From positions 210,001 to 242,000 of the forward strand of contig JAUWGH010000002.1 of assembly GCA_030606485.1 (NCBI GenBank): a DNA stretch of 32,000 nucleotides, given 5' to 3'. This DNA is from Promethearchaeota archaeon. GTDB lineage: Archaea; Asgardarchaeota; Lokiarchaeia; Sigyniarchaeales; SOKP01. This document shows, in pieces, positions 17,830 through 26,872 of the stretch; the first letter of the stretch is position 1, and each line of letters opens with the position of its first letter. A model generated the notes under the pieces. The model saw only the letters and a program-made list of their open reading frames with translations, ran no database searches and was not told the DNA's origin. The position numbers and the translations under genes were made by a program.

Positions 17830-20016
17830 TTAAGATTTAATTGTAATTTTAATATCAACAGCGGAACATTCTTTAACAAATGATAATAGAGGATTTATAT
17901 CCAATTCTACTATCTCAGGAAAATCATTTACTAATTGAGAGAGTTTTAAAAGTACATCAATAACTGCATCGATATCTGATGGAGGTTCGCCACGAACTCC
18001 TTGGAGTAAAGCAAAAATTTTAGTCTGAGATAATAAATTAACTGCATCTTCTCTTGTAAATTTATATGTTAATGAAAATGCAACATCTTTAATGAAATTG
18101 GCATAAATACCACCTGTGCCTACCATAATCATTGGTCCGAAAGTAGGATCTTTACTCATTCCTAAAATTAACTCACTTACTTTAGGTTGAGCCTTAAAAT
18201 CTATCATTTCTTGAATTTCTATACCATAAATCTTTGCATTTCTAGGTCCAAATTTTTTTACTTTTATCATAATTTGAGTATAAGCTTCTCTAGCTTGTTT
18301 TTGGTCAAGAATATTCAATAAAACACCTCCCACATCAGTTTTATGTAAAATCTGAGGGCTTACAACTTTTGCTACTAAGGGAAAACCTATATCATTGCTT
18401 ATGTCAAAAGCTTGGATTGGAGAGCGAACTATTTTAGATTTTGGTGATGGAATTCCATAAATTTGAAATATTTCATTATTTTCATAACTTAATAATACTG
18501 AGCGATTATCTTCACGAACCTCTTCAAAAATCTCATTAACTCTATTCTTATTAACATTAAATTTCTTAATATTAATACTTTTTAAGGATTGTCTTTTCTT
18601 ATTTTCACAATACTTTACTAACACTTTTAAAGTTTGAGCAGCTCGACTTGGAAAATAATAACATGGTATATGATTGTCATTTAATAATTTTTGTCCTTCC
18701 GCTATATTTTTTCCACCAATAAAAGAACAAACCATTGGTATATCAGGAATTTTTTTTGATGTTTCAAGAACTAAGCTTGCAACATCGGTTGGTCTTGTTA
18801 ACGCTTGAGGTGCAAGAATAAGGCAACATCCATTAGGAGTCTCCTGATTTGGCATATCTTCTTTAGTGGATTTACTAATAGTATTTTTATCAAAATTGGA
18901 ATCTAATCTAAAAATAGTATTAAGTGCAAATCTATATCTTTCTGGTGTTGCATCTCCTACTATATCAACAGGATTAAATATACTTGCCTCTGCCGGTAAA
19001 TTTTTTCTCAATTTATGAAGTATATCTTCTGGAAATTTTGCAAACTTTAAACCTTCCCGTGAAAAAGCATCAGCTGCTACAATTCCAGGGCCTCCAGCAT
19101 TACTTATAATAACAAAAGAATTTTTTTTTGGTAAAGGTTGAAATGCAAAAATTTCTCCGAAATCGAATAAATCTTCAATAGTTTTTGCTCTAATTACACC
19201 TGTCTTTTCAAATGATAAATCATATGCCCTATCAGAACCTGCTAAAGCCCCTGTATGACTTGATGCTGCTTTTGCACCTTGTTCAGATATACCAGATTTC
19301 AGAATTACAACCGGTTTCTCTCTTGTAATTTCAGATACAACCTCTAAAAAACGATCTCCATCAATTACATTTTCTAAATAAGCTAGAATGACTTTTGTAT
19401 TATCATCATCAGCTAAATATTTTAAAAAATCGACAAGTGTTAAATCTGCTTTATTACCCAAGGATATGCAACAAGAAAAGCCAAAAGTACGACCCATCGA
19501 ATAATCTAACATCCCTGTAAGCATTGCACCTGATTGTGATATGATTGCTATGTTTCCTTTTTTAGGTTGATCAGCTGCAAAGGTTGCATTATAATTAAGA
19601 CCCATAAAGCCCAAACAATTAGGACCTAAGACACGAATATTATTTTCGCTACATATTTTAGCCAATTCTAACTCTCTTTCAACCCCATCTCCACCAACTT
19701 CTTTAAATCCTGCAGTAATTACGATTAATCCTTTAATTTTTTTTTGTGCGCATTCTTTTACTACATTAACAACATACTTTGCAGGAATAACAATAACGCC
19801 AATGTCAATATCTTCTTTTACATCTAAAACGCTTTTATAACATTTATATCCAAGAATTTCACTGGCTGAAGGATTAATTGGATATAATTTTCCTTTATAT
19901 CCTGAATTTTTTATATTTTTTACCACACTATTTCCAATTTTAGTTTCATTTGCGCTTGCTCCTATAACTGCAATACTATCAGGATTAAAAAAATAACCTA
20001 AATCACTTTCCGCCAT
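17830..20016 (-). CDS. Acetate/acyl-CoA ligase (ADP-forming), fused alpha-beta
   Basis: AVIGAS, LGPNCLG, SQSGA, SLGNKAD, SHTGALAG, SNAGGPG, NPVD, then ATP-grasp (KVVSPQILHKTDVGGV, DPTFGPMIMVGTGG, ELDINPL). Confidence 0.93.
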   Translation of the reverse strand: MAESDLGYFFNPDSIAVIGASANETKIGNSVVKNIKNSGYKGKLYPINPSASEILGYKCYKSVLDVKEDIDIGVIVIPAKYVVNVVKECAQKKIKGLIVITAGFKEVGGDGVERELELAKICSENNIRVLGPNCLGFMGLNYNATFAADQPKKGNIAIISQSGAMLTGMLDYSMGRTFGFSCCISLGNKADLTLVDFLKYLADDDNTKVILAYLENVIDGDRFLEVVSEITREKPVVILKSGISEQGAKAASSHTGALAGSDRAYDLSFEKTGVIRAKTIEDLFDFGEIFAFQPLPKKNSFVIISNAGGPGIVAADAFSREGLKFAKFPEDILHKLRKNLPAEASIFNPVDIVGDATPERYRFALNTIFRLDSNFDKNTISKSTKEDMPNQETPNGCCLILAPQALTRPTDVASLVLETSKKIPDIPMVCSFIGGKNIAEGQKLLNDNHIPCYYFPSRAAQTLKVLVKYCENKKRQSLKSINIKKFNVNKNRVNEIFEEVREDNRSVLLSYENNEIFQIYGIPSPKSKIVRSPIQAFDISNDIGFPLVAKVVSPQILHKTDVGGVLLNILDQKQAREAYTQIMIKVKKFGPRNAKIYGIEIQEMIDFKAQPKVSELILGMSKDPTFGPMIMVGTGGIYANFIKDVAFSLTYKFTREDAVNLLSQTKIFALLQGVRGEPPSDIDAVIDVLLKLSQLVNDFPEIVELDINPLLSFVKECSAVDIKITIKS

Positions 20017-20121
20017 TATTTATCGATTTATATTGATAAACCTATGTTTTTATTTAACTAATTTAAATTTCTTATTAATTAATTGTTTTTTCTGTATAAT
20101 ATTATGAAATAATTAAATCCT

Positions 20122-20129
20122 TTTATATA
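20122..20129 (+). promoter_or_regulatory. Putative archaeal TATA box (TTTATATA) for a leaderless cyclophilin transcript
   Basis: Centred about 26 bp upstream of ATG 20152; low specificity in such AT-rich DNA. Confidence 0.4.
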
Positions 20130-20151
20130 TGTCAATAATTTCTTATTAAAT

Positions 20152-20628
20152 ATGACTAATCTCGTGATTAAAACAAATAAAGGGGATATTAATTTACAGC
20201 TTTTTGACGAGGATGCACCTTTAACCGTCGCATCTTTTTTATACCTAATAAGAAAAGGTTTCTATAACAAACTTAAATTTCATCGAGTTATTGAAAATTT
20301 CATGGTTCAAGGAGGTTGCCCATTGGGAACTGGTACTGGTGGTCCTAAAAACGTAGGGATTAACGCGTTTGAATATCAAGGTCAGATGGTTTCTTATCCA
20401 TTCAAGGATGAATTTCAAAGTGGCAGAGTATTTGATAAACCTGGCTTATTGGCCATGGCAAATGCAGGACTAAATACAAATGGCTCTCAGTTTTTTATAA
20501 CTCATATAGTCACCGACTGGCTAACTAACAAGCATACAATTTTCGGTGAAGTTAAATCTGATATTGATCAAGGAATTGTTAATTCAATTATTACAGGAGA
20601 TAAAATCTTAGAAATACAAATTCTTTAA
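20152..20628 (+). CDS. Cyclophilin-type peptidyl-prolyl cis-trans isomerase
   Basis: FHRVIENFMVQGGCP, MANAG, TNGSQFFITH, WLTNKHTIFG. Confidence 0.95.
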   Translation: MTNLVIKTNKGDINLQLFDEDAPLTVASFLYLIRKGFYNKLKFHRVIENFMVQGGCPLGTGTGGPKNVGINAFEYQGQMVSYPFKDEFQSGRVFDKPGLLAMANAGLNTNGSQFFITHIVTDWLTNKHTIFGEVKSDIDQGIVNSIITGDKILEIQIL

Positions 20629-20758
20629 TTTTTCTTCTTTTTATTCTTTTGTTATTACTTATAAATTATAATATCTTAACTGTATTAATCCTTAATATGA
20701 AAATTTCCATATATTACAGTAATTTTTTGGCTTCTGATTATTGAATTAAATAAATCAT

Positions 20759-21265
20759 CTAGAGAGGTTGCCCACATTCATCACAAAATTTCGCATCTTC
20801 ATCATTTAATGTTCCGCAAGCTCGACATTTAATCATAATTTTCTGTGGCGAGGTCGTTTTTACATCTAATTTTATTCCACCGGCTCTACCAATTCCCGTT
20901 GCAGCCGCCTCAGTACCTATACTAATTACTCTTCCATACCCATCCAGCGCTTGTTCATCAGCTGTACCGAGTGCCATACCAGTTTCTTCTACTGTATATC
21001 TTAAAATTTCTCTTTGATGTGCAACAGCTAGTAAAAATAATGCGGGAATTATCATAAACATACCTGGTGTAAGTAATACCATACCTATAGTAGAAAGTCT
21101 ACTTAATTCACTCATCGGTAGCTCGAAAAAGTACATACTATGATATACCAATATTACAGCACCAAAAGTAACAAGAGTAATACCAATTACCAATAACATA
21201 ATTGCAATAATTTTTAATTTTTTTCTAGGTTTAACATTAACATCATTTTCTTGATTATTTTTCAT
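20759..21265 (-). CDS. 2-TM membrane protein with C-terminal zinc ribbon
   Basis: Two hydrophobic helices; CRACGTLNDEDAKFCDECG. Confidence 0.8.
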   Translation of the reverse strand: MKNNQENDVNVKPRKKLKIIAIMLLVIGITLVTFGAVILVYHSMYFFELPMSELSRLSTIGMVLLTPGMFMIIPALFLLAVAHQREILRYTVEETGMALGTADEQALDGYGRVISIGTEAAATGIGRAGGIKLDVKTTSPQKIMIKCRACGTLNDEDAKFCDECGQPL

Positions 21266-21345
21266 TTTATTTCACCTAAATAGAAATTATTTTTTTAATA
21301 TAAATATCTTTATTTAAAATCAAAATTCTTTAATTAACTTTTTTT

Positions 21346-21537
21346 TTATTCTCTTTTTTCCTTACTGAAGGTTTCAATATGATCGCAAATTATTTGGATT
21401 GTTTTCTCAACGATAATTTTTTCTTCGCTATTTAATTCATTTTTAAGAAACTCTAAATATTTTAGAGTTTTCTCTGCCATTGCCATATTTTTAAGATATT
21501 GACTTCCGTCTTTATCTATAAAACCTCCCCATGCCAT
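21346..21537 (-). CDS. Small hypothetical protein
   Basis: 63-aa ORF between two co-oriented genes, helical composition. Confidence 0.5.
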   Translation of the reverse strand: MAWGGFIDKDGSQYLKNMAMAEKTLKYLEFLKNELNSEEKIIVEKTIQIICDHIETFSKEKRE

Positions 21538-21561
21538 GAAAATCCTTTTTTTTGCCTTATT

Positions 21562-22020
21562 TTATAGAGTCATCATTTTTCCAACAAAATAAAATATTAA
21601 CATTAGAATAAATCCAATAAGATATACTGTGTAGGTAATGTATGCGCTTTTCATTTCTCCTGGTTTAATTAGAAGCTTCCATAATAATAAATAAAATGCT
21701 GCAGCTAGTGTGACAAAAATAATGTCCATAGAAGCATTCAATAATGAATCTTGTCTACCCTCAAATTTCAAGCCCCAACTCCATAATACAAAATTCTCAA
21801 AGAATTCCCAGAAAATCCCTATTATCACTGTAATTAAAAATGCTAACCAAATTGGAAATTTATCGTTCTGCTTCACGTATTTAAAATAACCGTGAAGCAA
21901 TGAAAATAGGGCAAAAAATCCAAACCCCATTGCGATGTGGGCCCAAGTGAAGAAATCCATTGCCGAGTTACCAACTTCAGCAATTGTTTCTGCTATAATA
22001 TCATTTTGAATTCCAATCAT
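21562..22020 (-). CDS. Four-TM membrane protein with H...WExxE...DSxxNxxxD motif (DUF2238/DUF2585-like)
   Basis: WAHIAMG, FWEFFEN, QDSLLNASMD within hydrophobic helices. Confidence 0.65.
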   Translation of the reverse strand: MIGIQNDIIAETIAEVGNSAMDFFTWAHIAMGFGFFALFSLLHGYFKYVKQNDKFPIWLAFLITVIIGIFWEFFENFVLWSWGLKFEGRQDSLLNASMDIIFVTLAAAFYLLLWKLLIKPGEMKSAYITYTVYLIGFILMLIFYFVGKMMTL

Positions 22021-22193
22021 TTCTTATTTCATTTTTTTTTGAATTTCTTATAATATATGATAAGTTGAGTTGCTTTTTAATGTTATATTCTGATACATAT
22101 CTATACAAATTGAGAATAAATAAAATTTATTTTAACATTTAAATATTTAATTAATTTATTCAATCGATTGATAATAGACCATTTTAAAAAAAA

Positions 22194-22856
22194 ATGAGCA
22201 CTGAAATTCCTTTTGTAATTTTAATCGGTGGAAAGAGTAAAAGATTTGGTTTGGATAAAGGTTTGATAAAAGTATCCGGTAAATCATTTATTGTTCATCA
22301 AATTGAAATATTAAAAAAAATTAGTAAAAATATTTTTCTTTCTGCGTATGATAATTTTCAAATTCAAACTTACAAAAAAGCATTAACAAAATTTGATTTT
22401 TTATTCTTTATTTTAGATGATTATTCAATACTGGAAGGAGAAACAATTCGAAGTCCTCTACTTGGAATATATTCATCCTTCAAATATCTTTTAAGAACTA
22501 AATTTAAAAAAGTTTTTATAATCTCTTGCGATTTGCCGCTAATAAAATACGAAGTTCTAATTTTTATGTTAAAAGAATCCTTAAATTTCGATTGTTGTAT
22601 CCCTCGATGGAAAAATAGATACCTAGAACCACTTTTCGCTGTATATCCTATAGAAAAAGGATATCTTATGGCAAAACAAAATTTAAAACTTAAGAAATTT
22701 AGGTTAAGAGAACTTCTAAATGAAGATTGGAAGATAAATTTTGTATCGATTGAGGATAAAATTAAAAATTTTGATAATGAATTAAAAAGTTTCTTGAATA
22801 TCAATAGTGAGGAAGATTTGGAACACCTCGGGAAATTGTTTAGAAAAAAAGATTAA
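22194..22856 (+). CDS. mobA: Molybdenum/tungsten cofactor guanylyltransferase
   Basis: LIGGKSKRFGLDKG, SPLLGI, SCDLP, EPLFAVY, FLNINSEEDL. Confidence 0.88.
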   Translation: MSTEIPFVILIGGKSKRFGLDKGLIKVSGKSFIVHQIEILKKISKNIFLSAYDNFQIQTYKKALTKFDFLFFILDDYSILEGETIRSPLLGIYSSFKYLLRTKFKKVFIISCDLPLIKYEVLIFMLKESLNFDCCIPRWKNRYLEPLFAVYPIEKGYLMAKQNLKLKKFRLRELLNEDWKINFVSIEDKIKNFDNELKSFLNINSEEDLEHLGKLFRKKD

Positions 22857-22997
22857 TTCTATCTCTTAAAAAAAAGAGTTATTAAGATATAGTCTTCAGA
22901 CATTCTTGTTAATAGAATTAAATCTAAACTTTTTTAATATATATAATTTTTAACTAATTAAGATTCAATAGAAGAGAGAAGAAAAAAAATCAAGAAA

Positions 22998-24389
22998 ATG
23001 CCCGTTCAAGTAGCATTCATGCAGCTTTCTAGTTGTTGGGGTTGCCACCAGAGTCTCCTTAATGCACACTTAGGGTTATTGGGTATTCTCCCAGAGTTAG
23101 AAATTGTATATTGGCCAACTGTTGTGGATTTCAAACATGATTCACTTGAAGCAAGAGAAGATAGTTCAATTGTCCTGGGATTTATTGAGGGTTTAATCCG
23201 AACCCATGAAGATTTAGAAAATACTAAATTAATTAGAAAGAAATGTCAAATTATAATTGCTTTTGGTGCATGTGCTTGCTATGGAGGCATTCCTGGACTA
23301 AGTAATCTTTACAAAAAAGATGAGCTTTTACAAAGGAAATTTATTGAAGCGGAATCAATTACAGAGTCTAGAATTCCTGACCAGCATGTTCCACCTATTG
23401 AAGACTATATTGTTAATGTTAAAGAAATTATTAATGTTGATATTTTTATTCCTGGTTGCCCCCCAACCACTGATAATATTATTGCTTCAATTTCATATCT
23501 ATTAAGTTTTTTATCACCCGATCCAGAAAAGAAAGATATAAATAAATGTGTATGCGAACAATGTTCATTACTTAAAGAAGGGTGTCTCATTGAAAAAGGA
23601 AAGTTGTGTTTTGGACCGATTACCGCTAGTGGATGTGATTTAAAATGCCCGGAAAACGGTAGTCCTTGTGTAGGTTGTTTTAAAGCAAGTTCAAAAGTTG
23701 GTGATAAGGGAAAGGATCTAATAAATTTAATAGGCTCAATTGGTGAAATTGATACGCCCACCGGATTAGATATTAAAAAATTTCTCGAATTATATTTTGG
23801 ATTATCTAATTTGGAATTTATGTATTTCAAAGGAGATTTATTGCAACGATTGGCCAAAGAACCTGAGACCTTTTCTGAAAAATTAATTTCAACCTTTAAT
23901 GGGAAACAAAAAGTTTTAGAAGTCAAACAGACGGGAAATGAATTAATTGATAATATTATTGGATTACTTCTCTACAAATTAAGAGATAGCCCAGAATTTA
24001 AATTTAGCCAAAAAACCGTTTGTAGTACATGCGACAGAGAAGTCATTGATAAAGTTTTTACTGAAATAAAAAGGGATTATGAAGGCTTACCTACAATGGA
24101 TACCTGCTTTTTAGAACAAGGATATGTATGTCTAGGACCAGTAACTAAAGCTGGATGTGGAACAATTTGTCCAAATAAAGCAAATGCTCCTTGCTTGGGC
24201 TGCTATGGGCCTCCCGAAAGTATAAAAGATGCAGGAGCTAAATTTTTATCTACTTACTGTTCTATTGCACAAAATGAACCCGAAGAGATTTCTCAATTAA
24301 TTAAAGATCCTGCTGGACTCTTTTATAGATTTACGCTCCCAAGTAGTATTTTAAGTCGAAAACGCGATGATTTTAAGGAGGATAAATAA
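22998..24389 (+). CDS. mvhG: F420-non-reducing (group 3c) hydrogenase small subunit MvhG/VhuG-like, extended with a second Fe-S module
   Basis: SSCWGC, EG..R, GACACYGG, IPGCPP; C-terminal VCSTC...CFLEQG..CLGPVTKAGC...CP...PCLGCYGP...DPAG.FY.F.LP. Confidence 0.85.
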   Translation: MPVQVAFMQLSSCWGCHQSLLNAHLGLLGILPELEIVYWPTVVDFKHDSLEAREDSSIVLGFIEGLIRTHEDLENTKLIRKKCQIIIAFGACACYGGIPGLSNLYKKDELLQRKFIEAESITESRIPDQHVPPIEDYIVNVKEIINVDIFIPGCPPTTDNIIASISYLLSFLSPDPEKKDINKCVCEQCSLLKEGCLIEKGKLCFGPITASGCDLKCPENGSPCVGCFKASSKVGDKGKDLINLIGSIGEIDTPTGLDIKKFLELYFGLSNLEFMYFKGDLLQRLAKEPETFSEKLISTFNGKQKVLEVKQTGNELIDNIIGLLLYKLRDSPEFKFSQKTVCSTCDREVIDKVFTEIKRDYEGLPTMDTCFLEQGYVCLGPVTKAGCGTICPNKANAPCLGCYGPPESIKDAGAKFLSTYCSIAQNEPEEISQLIKDPAGLFYRFTLPSSILSRKRDDFKEDK

Positions 24390-24456
24390 TCTTATAAAAA
24401 ATAAGATAAAAAGATATATTAAATATTACTATTAAAAATTCGATAATGAATAAAAA

Positions 24457-26190
24457 ATGTCAAAATCAATAATAATAAAAAACGGTCGTGTGTATGACCC
24501 CAAAAATGGGATCGATGGAGATAAAATCCAAATTCACATTCAAGATGGAAAAATTGTAGAAAAAGTTAATGAAAAAGACGCAAAAGTCATCGATGCATCT
24601 GGAATGGTTGTTTTTCCAGGTGGAGTAGATATCCATACACACATAGCTGGACCTAAAATAAATACCGGTAGAGCCTTTAGACCAGAAGATCATGCAAAAG
24701 ACCCCGTTCCAAGAACTAAAATCACAAGAGGTGGATCTGGATATTCTTGTCCATCAACATTTGTCACTGCATATAGATATGCACAATTAGGTTATACAAC
24801 TTTAGTAGAACCAGCTATGGCTCCACTGGAGGCGAAACATACACATGAGGAATTCATGGATATGCCTATAGTTGATAAATTAACCTTTCCTGTATTTGGA
24901 AATAATTGGTTTGTACTGCAATATGTTAAAACAAATGATATAGACAAATTATCAGCTTATATTGCTTGGTTATTAGAAACTACAAAAGGATATGCCGTAA
25001 AGATTGTGAATCCTGGCGGTGTCGAGTCATGGGCTTGGGGAAAGAATTGTGAATCTTTAGATGATCCAGTACTTTATTGGGATGTTACTCCCAGACAAAT
25101 TCTTGAGGGATTATCTACTGCTAATGAAAAGTTAGGTTTACCTCATACAATTCATGTTCATGCAAATAATTTAGGTCATCCAGGAAATTACACACATACT
25201 CTTGAGACCTTTAAAACTCTAGAGAAAATTAATCCAACTGCAGGAAGAAAAAAAGTAATGCACTTAACCCATTGTCAATTTAATTGTTATGGTGGTACTA
25301 ATTGGGGGAATTTTGAATCAGCCGCTGATAAGGTAGCAGAATATCTTAATTCTCATAACCATATAACTATTGATATTGGACAAGTAATTTTTACAAATAC
25401 TACAACTATGACAGGTGATGGACCTTGGGAATATGCATTACATCATATATCTGGAATGTCTCCATGGGGTGCAAAACCTGGATGCAAATGGATAAATGGA
25501 CAAGTAGAAGCAGAATGCGGTGCAGGTCTTGTTCCATACATTTTTAATCCAAAAGTTGCCGTGAATGCAATTCAATGGGCAATAGGATTAGAACTTCTCT
25601 TATCCATTAAAAATAAAGACCAAATTTTCTTAACTACGGATCATCCTAATGGGGGACCTTTCACGTTTTATCCAAGAGTTTTAAAATGGCTTATGGATAG
25701 AAAATCAAGAGTTAATATGCTAGAAAAGATAGTCTCTCCTAAAGCAGATTCTCAAACAGGGTTAAAAGCTATTGATGCAGAACTTTCACTTTATGAACTT
25801 GTTCAATGTACTCGTTCAGGCACAGCTAAATGTTTAGGGTTGGAAGATAAGGGTCATTTAGGAATTGGAGCTGATGGTGATGTTTCTATATACAAATTTA
25901 ATCCAGATGCTGAAAATAAAGGAGATGAAATTGAAAAGGCTTTTACACTTGCAGCATATACAATTAAAAGAGGGGAGATAGTCGTCAAAAACGGTGAAAT
26001 CATGGCTACTCCAATGGGTGATACTATTTGGACTAAAGCATATGTTAAAGAAAATCTAATGGATGCTGTGATACAAGATATTAAAGCAAAATGGAGAGAC
26101 CATTATTCAATTAATTTTAATAATTATCCCGTTCAAGAAGCATATCTTCCTAAACAAAAAATTATGACTAATGAGGGTAATGGTGGTTAA
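24457..26190 (+). CDS. fwdA: Formylmethanofuran dehydrogenase subunit A (amidohydrolase)
   Basis: PGGVDIHTHIAG, GRAFRPEDH, LGYTT..EPA, KIVNPGG, HVHANNLGHPGN, TTDHPNGGPF..YP. Confidence 0.95.
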   Translation: MSKSIIIKNGRVYDPKNGIDGDKIQIHIQDGKIVEKVNEKDAKVIDASGMVVFPGGVDIHTHIAGPKINTGRAFRPEDHAKDPVPRTKITRGGSGYSCPSTFVTAYRYAQLGYTTLVEPAMAPLEAKHTHEEFMDMPIVDKLTFPVFGNNWFVLQYVKTNDIDKLSAYIAWLLETTKGYAVKIVNPGGVESWAWGKNCESLDDPVLYWDVTPRQILEGLSTANEKLGLPHTIHVHANNLGHPGNYTHTLETFKTLEKINPTAGRKKVMHLTHCQFNCYGGTNWGNFESAADKVAEYLNSHNHITIDIGQVIFTNTTTMTGDGPWEYALHHISGMSPWGAKPGCKWINGQVEAECGAGLVPYIFNPKVAVNAIQWAIGLELLLSIKNKDQIFLTTDHPNGGPFTFYPRVLKWLMDRKSRVNMLEKIVSPKADSQTGLKAIDAELSLYELVQCTRSGTAKCLGLEDKGHLGIGADGDVSIYKFNPDAENKGDEIEKAFTLAAYTIKRGEIVVKNGEIMATPMGDTIWTKAYVKENLMDAVIQDIKAKWRDHYSINFNNYPVQEAYLPKQKIMTNEGNGG

Positions 26191-26193
26191 AAA

Positions 26194-26754
26194 GTGGAAG
26201 ATTTAAAATCTGATCGAATTTTAGAGATTAAAGATGATATTATTGATGAACTTAGAAAAGCGGGCTATGCAGAAATTGGTTCTTGCATTCAGTGCGGAAA
26301 TTGTACAGCTAGTTGTCCTTCCGGAAGAAGGACGGCAATGCGAACGCGCTCTATAGTTAGAGAAGCAATTTTAGGCCTTGATGAAGTTCTCTCAGATAAA
26401 GAGCTCTGGCTTTGTACAACTTGTTATACTTGTTTCGAAAGATGTCCGCGTAATATACCAATTACAGATATTATTATATTCTTAAGAAATTTAGCGGTTC
26501 AAAGAGGGTATATTTTACCAAATCATCTCAATTTATGCAGGATGTTCTATGATACAGGTCATGGAGTTCCCATTAATGATGAAAAATGGAACATTATGAG
26601 AGAATCCTACGGAGTCAGCAGAGTTCCTCCAACAGTCCATACGCATCCTAAATACGTTAAAGAAGTGCAAGAACTAATTAGTAGTGTGGGTTTTGATAAA
26701 ACTATTGCTTGGGGAAAATACGCTAAAAAAGAAGAAAAATCGGAAAAAAAATAA
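26194..26754 (+). CDS. hdrC: Heterodisulfide reductase subunit C (2x[4Fe-4S])
   Basis: CIQCGNCTASCPSGR and LWLCTTCYTCFERCPR; GTG start 3 bp after the fwdA stop, with GGTGGT upstream. Confidence 0.92.
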   Translation: MEDLKSDRILEIKDDIIDELRKAGYAEIGSCIQCGNCTASCPSGRRTAMRTRSIVREAILGLDEVLSDKELWLCTTCYTCFERCPRNIPITDIIIFLRNLAVQRGYILPNHLNLCRMFYDTGHGVPINDEKWNIMRESYGVSRVPPTVHTHPKYVKEVQELISSVGFDKTIAWGKYAKKEEKSEKK

Positions 26755-26872
26755 ATTACACTTTAAATATTGCTACTAAGGGCATCCTTTTCTTCTTTAT
26801 AATAAAAAGAAAAAAAGAATTCTTTCTTCTGTGTATTGATATTAAATATTTAAACCACATATCTAAATTTAA

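Noticed and set aside
26167-26190. FwdA ends in Gly-Gly, like a ubiquitin/SAMP tail
   Set aside because: The GGTGGT is better explained as the ribosome-binding site for hdrC; no beta-grasp domain is present
22998-26754. Possible selenocysteine recoding in the Mvh/Fwd/Hdr genes
   Set aside because: No in-frame TGA in these ORFs (they end in TAA), and no SECIS could be recognised
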